This document shows, one piece after another, positions 26,655 to 37,193 of a stretch of 64,000 bases of DNA. The stretch covers positions 7,688,001 through 7,752,000 of the forward strand of contig JBHGNT010000022.1 of NCBI GenBank assembly GCA_043228905.1. Direction: 5' to 3'. Position numbers and translations under genes: made by a program. Under the pieces are notes generated by a model. The model worked only from the letters and a program-made list of their open reading frames with translations. It searched no databases and was not told the origin of the DNA. Source of the DNA: Azolla caroliniana (taxonomy: Eukaryota > Plantae > Polypodiophyta). The number at the start of each line of letters is the position of its first letter. Position 1 is the first letter of the stretch.

Positions 26655-29366
26655 TTATGACACTATCCCCCCTTTAAAACGACGAGTTTCACGAGTCGTT
26701 TTGGATTGAGGACCCGGTTTCTCGGGATATCGTCGATGGAAGTCTTCTAGAAGAGCACGAGCATTGGTCACATTCTCGATCGGTTCCCAAGTACGCTCGC
26801 TGGGACTATATCCTAGCCAATCGACTAGATAGTAGAGCTTGTTGCGAACAATCTTGGAATCGAGGATGGCAGCGACCTCATACTCAGGTCCATCTTCGAG
26901 CTCGATAGGAGGTGGAGGTTGTATAGTACGTCCTGGGATAGTGCTCTCGTGATAGGGTTCGAGGAGAGAACTATGAAACACCGGGTGTATCCGAAGTTGC
27001 GGAGGTAGCTCGAGACGAAAAGCGACATCATTAATCTTCCCGATAATACGGAAAGGACCTAATCGCCGATAATCCAACTTCTCACATGGGCGAGTAGTCT
27101 TGATGTGTCGTCGTAGCAGCCACACCCGATCTCCAATGTTAAAACTGGATGGAAGTCGATGACGATCTGCGTAGTCCTTGTGTGATTGTTGAGCTTGCTG
27201 GAGTTGAGTAGATAAATCCGCTTGTATCTTGCGTAACCGCTCCAAACGATCCTCCGCGCAAGGATTTGTGGACACTTCTGGGGTTTCAAGGACACACCAC
27301 CGGGGATGATATCCCGTATAAGCGTAGAATGGCGTGACTTTAGTCGATGCGTGGATAGCGTTATTATAGGCAAATTCGGCGAACTGAAGAATATCTGCCC
27401 AGTCATTCTGATGATAGTTGAGAAAGCACCGCAGATACTGCTCCAGTGTTTGATTTGTTCGTTCGGCTTGACCGTCGGTTTGTGGGTGGTAGCCGGAGGA
27501 GAGGTTACAAGTGACCTTCAGCATTTTAAAAAGGTGCTTCCAGAATTTTGACACAAACTGGGGTCCACGATCGCTGATGATATTATCAGGGAGTCCATGA
27601 TGCCGACATACTTCCCGCATGACAATTTCGGCGGTGTCTTCACTAGATATTTCTTTAGTACATGGTAAGAAATGAGCCATCTTCGTATATCGATCCACCA
27701 CTGTGAGAATCGCACTGAATCCCTTAGAGACTGGAAGATCTGTAATGAAGTCAAGAGCAATGGATTGCCATGGCTTGCTTGGAATTGGTAATGGTTCTAA
27801 TAAACCATATGGATGATGTCTTGGCATTTTCGCTCTGCAGCATGTATCGCAAGTCCGAACAAAATCTTCGACAAATTGTCGCATACGGGGCCACCAGAAT
27901 GATCGTTGTACTAAATCTAATGTTTTAGTACTACCAAAATGTCCTGCTGTATATGTGTCATGGCAGTTTTGTACTACTCGAAGGCGGCAAGAACCATTAG
28001 GAACATACAAAAGTTCTTTAAAGAAGAGTAATCCATCACAGTATTTGAATTGCCGATAATCCGTACCTGGTGATTGTGATTGTGAACATGACGCTCGAGA
28101 GGGGTCAATTTGTGCTAGTATAGCTTGGGCGAAAGCGTCAGTCTTCAAGTCCTCACGTATAGTATTGGTAATGTCGGAATCCACAAGCATGTCAAAGACC
28201 TGTGCTGCTTGCAGTCGTGCTGGACCCAAGATTACTTGCTTCTGGTTATCGAAAGCTGGCTCACCGGGACGTGGTGTTAGATACGAACGCCGTGATAATG
28301 CATCTGCCTTCCCTTGGTGCTTCCCCGGACGATATGTAATTTTGAAGTCGAAGCGTGTGAGGAAGTGGGCCCACCGAGCTTGACGTCGATTCAGTACACG
28401 AGCATCTTGAAAGTAGGCAAGGTTCTTGTGGTCACTGAATACAGTGACCTGATGAGGAGATCCCTCCAGGAAATGCCTCCATTGCATAAAAGAATCAACT
28501 ATTGCTAATAGCTCTTTATCATGAATTTCGTAGTTGATTTCGGCGGCGTCAAACTTACGGGAGTGGAAAGCCACAGGATGTAGCTTCTCGTCGTTACCCT
28601 GTTGTGACAGAATGCTCCCCAATGCGAAATCCGATGCATCAGCTTCGATAATGAATGGTTTTTCCGGATCCACATGACCTAAAATTGGAGCTGATGTAAA
28701 CGCCTTCTTAAGACTCTCGAAAGCCATGTCCGTCTCTTTAGACCAAATGAATGATTGTCCCTTCCTGGTGAGCTGTGTGAGAGGCAGCACAATTTTTGAG
28801 TAATTTTGTATGAACTTCCGGTAGAAATTTGCAAAGCCTAGGAAGCATTGCACATCCCGCACCGAACGCGGAGTGTGCCATTCTATCACCGTTTTGACCT
28901 TGGCTGGGTCCATAGATATGCCTTCTGAGGAGATGACATAGCCGAGAAACTCCACTTGGTTGCACCCGAAACTACATTTCTCTAACTTTGCATACAGACC
29001 ATGTTCTCGAAGTCGTTTTAGTACTAATAGTACATGAGAATCATGTTCTTCTTGGGTCTTTGAATAAACCAGTAGATCATCCAAATAGATGATCAAAAAA
29101 TCATCCAAGAGATCTCGAAATATATCATTCGCCATGTGCTGGAAGACTGTCGGCGCATTAGTGAGTCCGAACGGCATGACCGTATACTCGAAGTGCCCAT
29201 ATCTGGTGCGAAACGCGGTCTTCCATTCATCTCCTGGTCGGATCCGTACGAGGTTATAGGCTCCTCGTAAGTCTATCTTCGTGAAGAACCTGGCACCGTT
29301 GATCCGTTCTAAAAGACTTGAGATAAGGGGAAGAGCATACCTATTTCTTACTGTGACCTTATTCAA
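26655..29366 (-). CDS. Gypsy pol RT-RNaseH-integrase-chromodomain (903 aa open stretch)
   Basis: Uninterrupted ORF ending in EYEVAAILDSK..YLVDWLGY..TWEP. Separated from the protease ORF by a frameshifting deletion near 29415. Confidence 0.9.
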   Translation of the reverse strand: MNKVTVRNRYALPLISSLLERINGARFFTKIDLRGAYNLVRIRPGDEWKTAFRTRYGHFEYTVMPFGLTNAPTVFQHMANDIFRDLLDDFLIIYLDDLLVYSKTQEEHDSHVLLVLKRLREHGLYAKLEKCSFGCNQVEFLGYVISSEGISMDPAKVKTVIEWHTPRSVRDVQCFLGFANFYRKFIQNYSKIVLPLTQLTRKGQSFIWSKETDMAFESLKKAFTSAPILGHVDPEKPFIIEADASDFALGSILSQQGNDEKLHPVAFHSRKFDAAEINYEIHDKELLAIVDSFMQWRHFLEGSPHQVTVFSDHKNLAYFQDARVLNRRQARWAHFLTRFDFKITYRPGKHQGKADALSRRSYLTPRPGEPAFDNQKQVILGPARLQAAQVFDMLVDSDITNTIREDLKTDAFAQAILAQIDPSRASCSQSQSPGTDYRQFKYCDGLLFFKELLYVPNGSCRLRVVQNCHDTYTAGHFGSTKTLDLVQRSFWWPRMRQFVEDFVRTCDTCCRAKMPRHHPYGLLEPLPIPSKPWQSIALDFITDLPVSKGFSAILTVVDRYTKMAHFLPCTKEISSEDTAEIVMREVCRHHGLPDNIISDRGPQFVSKFWKHLFKMLKVTCNLSSGYHPQTDGQAERTNQTLEQYLRCFLNYHQNDWADILQFAEFAYNNAIHASTKVTPFYAYTGYHPRWCVLETPEVSTNPCAEDRLERLRKIQADLSTQLQQAQQSHKDYADRHRLPSSFNIGDRVWLLRRHIKTTRPCEKLDYRRLGPFRIIGKINDVAFRLELPPQLRIHPVFHSSLLEPYHESTIPGRTIQPPPPIELEDGPEYEVAAILDSKIVRNKLYYLVDWLGYSPSERTWEPIENVTNARALLEDFHRRYPEKPGPQSKTTRETRRFKGGIVS

Positions 29367-30123
29367 GCCACGGTAATCTACAACGAGTCGAAGCGAGCCA
29401 TCTTTTTTCTTGACGATTCGAATGCCGAATGAAACCGTTCTCCAAATTCTCCTCTATATAGGCTCGAAGGACTTCTAGCTCGGTTGGTGACAAATTGTAG
29501 ATCGGCCCCCATGGCGGCTCTTTTCCCGGTTGTAAGTCGATGGCGCAGTCGTACGGCCGATGATGAGGAAGTGTGTTGGCTTGTACTTTATCGAACACAT
29601 CAGCATACTGACGATACTTCTCGGGAAGTTGAACGGTGGACTCCTCTTTGGTGGTGCTGGAGGGTTGTACTGATATTGCAAAGAGAAACATTTCCTCCTT
29701 GCGCCCTTCCTCACGCAACTGACGTAGCGAAATGGTTGCAACCTTCTGGGTAGATCCTTGGGTTTGTCGCAACCGGATTTCCCTTGTCCTCCAATCTATG
29801 TCTGGGTCATGTAACTCGAACCATGGTAATCCTAAAACTATGGGATGTTCTGGAATACTAATAATATTAAATGATACTACACATGTTAAGTTATCTAGGA
29901 CAATATTAACGGGTTCCGACTCTTCTATGATATTACCAGAAGCAATGGGACGACCATCAATGACTACTACTGAGGCTGGACATGGGAGCTTTCTGAGAGA
30001 TATCTGATGAGCTCGGGCAAAATTCCTATCCATGAAGCAAGAATTAGCTCCGGAATCTAGAAGGGCTAAGGTATGTACTGGAGGGGTACTTTTAGTACTA
30101 ACTGCTACTTGGGCTACGAACAC
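29359..30123 (-). pseudogene. Gypsy aspartic protease and RT N-terminus
   Basis: LALLDSGANSCF, IVLGLPW and GPIYNLSPTEL..GFIRHS; the expected KSP.GAP.FFV segment is missing. Confidence 0.88.
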
Positions 30124-30144
30124 ATCACTAACTTGCTTAGAGGA

Positions 30145-30244
30145 NNNNNNNNNNNNNNNNNNNNNNNNNNNNNNNNNNNNNNNNNNNNNNNNNNNNNNNN
30201 NNNNNNNNNNNNNNNNNNNNNNNNNNNNNNNNNNNNNNNNNNNN
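30145..30244. other. Assembly gap (100 N)
   Basis: Run of N; true size unknown. Confidence 1.
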
Positions 30245-31555
30245 AAGATGGGAGGATGTGTTTCAAACCTAGGCTGAGGAGTTGTGTCTTGTGTTTGGAG
30301 AGAGTATAATCAATGTGATTGTGTATCCTACTATTAAGTACGGGTTTCCTAAGGAGGGGAGTCCAAAATTTGGTTTGTGGTTTTCTAGTATTTGACTTTT
30401 TAGTGTGTGATTTAGTGTAAGGGGAGAAGGGGAAACGAGAGTTTGTTCTACCTAGCCACATGTAGGTATCACAAGTTAAGGGGGGCCTATCTAGTATGTA
30501 AAAGAGACGCTTACAAGGGTGCAAGTTGTGCTTAAAATGTTTACTAATACATTTTGCACGCCTCGCTACTCGTTTTTTTGGTCTAGACGTATAAGACGGA
30601 GTTTTAGTTTGGGGGTGAGGGGGGGGTTTATAAGATTTATTATATGGGTGTGTGACAAGGGAAAACAAGTTAGAATTAGGAAAAAGGGGAGGGGTATTAT
30701 ATGTAAATAGGGAGGGGTTATTTTTCAAGTTATGTGAGAATAAAGGGGGGGGGGGGGGGTGCATGTATGGAATTATTATGAAAGGAGATATTAGGGGGGG
30801 AGGGGTAAGACCAGAGGTATACAAAGTGTTGGGGGGAAAGTATGGGTGGGGGTCATTAAAAAAAGGGGGAAGGGGGTTAGGTTTGGGAATATTAGAAAGT
30901 AACGGAGGGGTATACAAGGAATTTGTAGAAAATGTGGGAGGGTTTTGAGAGTGAAAGGGGTGTGGGTGTGGTGGCCATAAATAAGGAAAGAGGGATGGGT
31001 TATGCTGCCCTATTGTAGGAGGGAAAGAGAATTGAGGGGGAAAGGAGGAGGGATGAGAGGCCTCGAGGGGCTCAGTATACAGAGGAGGATTGGAGAGCAA
31101 GGGGGGAAGGTGAGAATGGGGGAAGTCGACGTCTCAGTAGTCGACTCCACGCGCCGAGTTGGGAACACTGCCACCCGTATTTACCTTTAATCCATCGTGT
31201 CTTAGATGGCTGTGTTGGGCCGACGAGAATCTAGCATGCGTGGCCGATGAGTGGAAGTTGTGGATCAAAGATGGGGGTACTCCGTGTGAGCTTTGTGGCC
31301 AAGCGTATGGTGGTTGATGTCATTGCTGCCGCCGAAAAGTGATGATGGTCAATGATGGAGATCCTGTGGTGGATGATTCAAAGGACCTGTATAAGGGGAA
31401 ACATATGTGGTAAAGTTGGAGTTCGGGAATGGTGGTGTTATCCTCGTGTTATGGTGGAGGTAGGCTGAGTTTGTGTTCAGGCCTACTGAAAGGCAATTGG
31501 GTCTATAGAATAATACTTTTGGGTTTCTATGATTGAGGTTGTGAGGATAAAGGTT
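30245..31555 (-). mobile_element. Penelope-like element 5' part (Pro-rich N-terminus and PLE N-terminal motif)
   Basis: ORF 30114-31100 ends IHNHIDYTLSKHKTQLLSLGLKHILP, the NLS..L...LL.LGL.F.P motif that precedes PLE RT. Same G-rich + strand skew as 24413-26225. Confidence 0.7.
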
Positions 31556-33957
31556 CACACTCTCTGTGGAACATCTCTGTCCAAGGGTGCTAATGGCCGT
31601 CATCAATGCCTCAACCTAGAATGTCATGGACAACTTGGCATGTGCTAACATACTTTGGACCCTCTCCATTATGGTCCGGTTGATCCTCTCGGCCAGCCCG
31701 TTGAGCTCTAGTGTTTTCGGTCTTGTGTGCTTGAGCCGAATACCTTTAGTTTAGCAGTACTATTTGAATTGCCTGTTGTCATGCCTTTTGGCTCCGGATC
31801 GTTGTGTGAGTCAGGTGGGAACCGCTGGGGTTTGGGACTAGGAGGAGGAGAATTCTAAAATAGATAGGAATGTGAATATAGATTGTAAGAAAGAGATAGA
31901 AATTCGTGAATCCCATGAATGTAATTTTTTAGTTTTATTAATATTTAACCCAAATAATACCCAAGTAAGAATCAACACCCTTTACATAATATAGAGAAAA
32001 CTCGTGAATCCCACGAGTATAGTGTATTAATCGGTATTTAGAAACATATTCAATTTCCGACGATTCCACCCCCCAAATTACATCTTGCTCCCATTCTTAT
32101 ATAGTAGTGGGAGAGGCTTAACAATTCATGCTTTTTCTCTAACTACGGATTTCATGCTTTCTCTAACATGCTTCTTTTAAAAGTGATCCTGCTTTTTCTA
32201 ACCTCATGCGTTTTTTTATCAACAATAGTGTTCATGCATTCTACGTGTAAAAGTAGCGTTTCCTAAAAAATATACGTGAAATAACCTTTGTATATGGGAT
32301 ATTTGCTTTTTTAACACTTATAATATGTTAGTATAATGGTAAAGCTACAAATTATTAACATGAAGGTACAAGGTTTGAATCCTACTCTATGCATGTAATA
32401 TATATTTTAATATTTTCTTCTATTTCTTCATATTTATTGAATCGGTTACTTTATACGTTTTTCACATTGTGTACGAAATACACTATGACACTGCAGTATT
32501 CACCGCCATTGTCCTCTTTGACTAAATTTAGCTTTTGGGCGGTCTCCCTCTCGGCTCTCGCTTGGAACTCCTTGAAGATGGATAACACCTACTCCTTCGT
32601 CTTCGATACGGAAGCCCACAATGTCCGACTATAGTCATCGATGAAGGTCACAAAATATTGTGAACCAGCATGTTACTTCGTGTCCACATAGCATACACAT
32701 GTATGCACGAGTTCCAGCGACATTTTCTTCCTCATCGGGGGCCTAGTTCAAAAAGAGGTTCTTTTTTGCTTTCTGGCCAAGCAATGAGTGCACTTCTCCA
32801 TTTGCACATTCTTAACCACCAGAATGAGGTTGTCATCAGCAAATCTTCACATTCCCTTCTCGCTCATATGGCACAACCTCCTGTGCCACAATTTTTCGGT
32901 CGATTGCCACATTCACTTCCTCTCGACATAATCAAGCATGCATCAAATACAATGTGTTGGTTTTCCAGGCTCGGACCACAATCAAGCTCCCATTGTAGAA
33001 TTTCATGACTCCGCTCCAGATGCTAGCATTGCACAATCATCTTCTAGAGGACGTAGGCACTCGTCTCTTTATCAAAGTTGTTGTATATACTCATTTCTAT
33101 AAAACACCTTATGTATGCAGCCGACTTCAGATGCATGACTTCCCAAGTTGATGCATCGATCTTGTCTGGCTTTGTCTTTCCGTATTGCATCGGCAACTAG
33201 AACTCTTTGCACACGAGCATATCCCGCATCTTCGACTCCACATTGAATAGTTGGATATGGTTAACTTGAACATTCCACGGAAATGTTTGTCCATCGCTTT
33301 GATACTAGTTTGTTAGGATCATAACCAGCCACAACCGTTTTCTCGGTCATATATTCGGGGTGCAAAGATCGAGTAAGATAGTGCATAGATAGAAAGACAA
33401 AACAGAAAACAGAAGTACTCATGAGAAATGAATCGTCAATCCACACTGAAATACACAACTCGGAAACTTAGAAAAAATAGTGGACACTGATTTAATGTGG
33501 AAACCCTTTGATGGGAGAAAAACCACGGAGAACAAAGACTTCACTATACAATGGATATACAATAGAGAAAATTACAACATCCTCATGATTGAGTGTATCA
33601 GCCACATAGGACTCTTGGCGTTAGTTGTTACCAAAACATAGCTATGTCGATGCGCTGTCACTCTTCTCTCTCAGTCTCTGTCACGCTTAGCTACACACCT
33701 GCCACACTCACACTGCTTTCTATTCTACACCCTATGTTTTGCCCTAGATGTATTTATAGTCTTACATCATATGGGCTATTTACAAGTGTAGCCCCTACTA
33801 AACATTGTTACTTTTATTATTATTATAGTTATAATAAGAATAGAGAGTTAATCAACCGACTCTTTACTGTCAACTCTTTGACTCTCGACACTCGACCCGA
33901 ACAGTTGGCTCCTCCTTGTCTTTGATTGTTGGCTCTTCTAGGCCCGAACAATCAGCT
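31555..33957 (-). mobile_element. Copia A copy 2 with solo LTR X (31777-32490) and Copia A 5' LTR (~33311-33950)
   Basis: Integrase fragments flank LTR X (CTGT/CTGC); deleted gag; degenerate iMet PBS at 33295-33307. Confidence 0.78.
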
Positions 33958-34542
33958 TAAAAGGACTAACAGAAGTACTGACATGCACTTCAATGCTCAT
34001 TCAAGCGACTAACACTAACTCCAAGGAATATATATGCCTATGTACTACGCTCGAACCATAGGCTCGAACGGCCTACCAATTGTCACTATTCTGGAGTTCA
34101 ATCCAGTTCTCTGGTCCGGCTCTAGGTTCTGTAAACCAATATATCCGGACACTTATCTGGTTCTTTGTTCTGGACACCGATCCAGCTCTGGCTTATTCAA
34201 CCATCTGAATCCAGTTGAGCTTGCTAGCTGAACACACATGCACGTAGGCAAGACATCCGAACGCCCTCAAGTGTTAGTACGACACGTCTTTGCCGGTCCA
34301 TACTCTTTGTGGAACATATGCGACCAACGGTGGTGAGGGTGATCTATTTATCATGTACGCTGCCGTCATTAACGCCTCAACCCAGAATGTCATGGACAAC
34401 TTGGCATGTGCTATCATACTTTGGACCCTCTCCATTATGGTTTGGTTCATCCTCTCGGTCACCCCATTGAGCTTTGGTGTTTTCGGTATTGTGTACCTGA
34501 GCTAAATAAATTTAGTTTGGCAGTAATGTTTGGATTTCTCGA
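33958..34542 (-). mobile_element. Copy 3 of the unit: Copia B LTR piece plus Copia A integrase fragment
   Basis: Collinear with 15490-16072; ORF 34274-34462 ERMNQTIMERVQSM. Confidence 0.8.
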
Positions 34543-37193
34543 TGTTGTGCCTTTCGGCGCCTGATCGTTGCGTTAGTCAGGTGGGACACTGGGGTTTTGG
34601 ACTAGGAGGAGGAGAACTCTAAAATAAATAGGAATGTGAATAGAGTGTAAGAAAGAGAGAGAAATTCGTGAATCCCACCCACGAATATAATCTTTTAGTT
34701 TTATTAATATTTAACCCTAATAATACCCAAGTAAGAATCAACACCCTTTACATATAGAGAAAACTCGTGAATCCCACGAGTATAGTGTATTAATCGGTAT
34801 TTAGAAACATACTCAATTTCCAAAGTTTCCACCCCCCAAATTACATCTTATTGCCATCCTTATATAGTGATGGGAGAGGCTTAACAATTCATGGTTTTTC
34901 TCTAAGGATGAACTCCATGCTTTCTCTATCTATAGACTATATGCTTTCTCTAACATGCTTCTTCTAAAAGTGATCATGCTTTTTCTAACCTCATGCGTTT
35001 TCTTTATCAACGATAATGTACTCTATGTGTAAAAGTAGCTTTTCCTAAAAAATATACATGAAATAACCTTTGTATGTGGGATATCTACATTTTTATCATT
35101 GATGATGTGTTAGTATAATGATAAAGTTACAAAGTATTAACATTGTTATACAAGGTTTAAATCTTTCCCGATGCATGCAATATATATTTTAATATTTTCT
35201 TCTATTTCTTCATATTTATTGAATCGGCTACTTTATACGTTTTTCACGTAGTGTATGAAATACACTACGACACTCGCCCCCTCCGAACCCGCGCATTCTC
35301 CAGTATGTGCTGAAGTTTCCGATGCTTGTTATTTTCCTTCATCCGTAGTACCCTCTGTTTCTCCCGCTCTGTCGAGTTTATCTCTCCATTTTGAGCACAT
35401 CCATTCTTTCCAACCGAACCATTGTCGTCATCCGATCCATCATATTCTTCTTTCACACTTTGCATTGTCGTGACCGGTTGCCATGGCTCCTTGTGCACCT
35501 CTTGAACGTAAACCTTTTCGTGTCATCCATGTCCGAATACCGACGTTGACTATCCCATGTAGTTCTTTCAAGTGCATATTGTCATGCTTCCCACTTCGTC
35601 CACCTTTGTCATACAATCTCGCATTAGAGTTCATAATCTTCATGTTAAAGCCCTCTTTTGTCGAGATCTCATCCTCGCCAACACCATGCAAATCCGCTTG
35701 GTCCTTGTCATCCGTAGTAGTTCCTTTTCTTGGCCTCTTCCTTGTCATCGAGATCGGATTTGTCAGATCGACTTTCATTTGGATTCGTATTCGGCCGAAT
35801 CGGAATCGGTCGACCGGTTTCGATCGAGTTGGCCCCCTTCCAGGTCAGTTTTGATCGATCAATTTTTGTCCAGTTTTGCTTTCGTTCCCTCATGTTCACC
35901 ATCCTCAACCAGTTCGACCTTCGGCTCAGCCGGATTAGTTTGGTTCTAGATTGGTCTTGTTCGATCGGTTTCCAACTGGATCGACTTTCGTTTGGGTCGG
36001 GTTGGACCGATCGGATTTCGGCCGAATCCACTTCCGCTTGGTTCGGCTTTCGTTTAGGTCGGGATTCCGGCCGAATCATCTTCCGTCTGAACCTATATCT
36101 AGTGTTACGTTCCTTGTTGCCACTTCTTGTCTCTCCAGTCTCACGTTGGTTCTTGGACACAACCACCGAAGTCTCTAGAATTAGTGGGCAGGAATCTTCG
36201 GTATTATCGTCCTCCGTTGTTTCACCCATAGACACCTTCTCGGCTATCTCTCCATCGTATGCATCAACTTCGACCTTCATTTTCTCTCCGCCATTATCCG
36301 TCTCTTCAGTCTTATGTTGCCTCTCAAACGAAACCACCAAAGTCTCTAGAATTAGTGGTGGGAAAGTCTCAACACGACCATTCGCCATTGACTCGTTCAT
36401 AGCCATCTTTGATTTGATGTCATCTTTCATGGCTATCTCCTAAATCACGTCTGCCTCGCACTCTTTATCTCCCTCGATCATGCAAGCATTGATTATGCTT
36501 ACCCCTTTCTCACCCGATGTTTCGGACACTCATATCCAGAAACCTTCTTCCACCCTTGAATTGGTGATCACCACTCTCAAGTCATCGGCCTTATCCTTGG
36601 CCATCATTCTTTTGCAAGAAGAGAGGATGGCTTGTTCCACACCGTCTCCTGTAGTACCATCGTATCGTACTTTGGCCTTCGTATCGGCCACATTGTTCGT
36701 TCTCAATTGACCATCCCTCATAGGCCATGTTGTTCCCGACAATATTTTGGTCTTCCTCTTATCATGTCTTCGGCATACTTTTTCGACTTCGGCCCAATCC
36801 TCGGTGAGACCATTTGCACCATCATCGTTTTCAAGTTCGATCCCGATGGCCATCCTTTCCCTTAGATTGATCCACTTCACGAAATTAGGACTTCATCCAT
36901 CTCCACCAATCGTTGTTCCCATTCTGAGAGTTGAGCAAAACGATACTCGAACTCTAGGAATGCTTGTGTCACGCTTTTCATGCCAACCTCTTCCCTTTGG
37001 TCTCTCATAGTCATATGCCTCTGGTAATGCTTCTTCAAAGGACCCCCATGTCGGGTTTTGTTGCCGTATCTTGTAGATTCTCTCTTTTAGCTTATTTGTG
37101 GCCACCTGATTGAAGGATATCACTTGCAATCTTTCTGAGATCCCATATCGCATCGTCTCCACCTTGTAGTCCCGCAAATAGCATGACACATTT
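34543..37193 (-). mobile_element. Pol-less Gypsy-type element X: 3' LTR 34543-35272, PPT and internal region
   Basis: Purine tract abuts the LTR at 35273-35285. The internal region (ORF 35708-36430 MAMNESMANGRVETFPPLILET) is homologous to 55348-57600; no pol motifs seen. Confidence 0.75.

Larger units (their letters stand above)
26373..30144 (-). mobile_element. Ty3/Gypsy chromovirus (Tcn1-like); 5' part lost in the gap
   Basis: 3' LTR ~26373-26662 after PPT AAAGGGGGGATAG. Protease ALLDSGA, RT YLDD, RNaseH, integrase HHCC/DDE/GPF and chromodomain are all present. Confidence 0.93.

Noticed and set aside
26592-26662. Functional tRNA gene (GTG at the anticodon position)
   Set aside because: Acceptor and anticodon stems do not pair; only promoter boxes and spacing are retained.
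30114-31100. Extensin/proline-rich host gene
   Set aside because: No signal peptide or SPPPP repeats; it ends in a PLE motif, and the ORF track spans the N gap.
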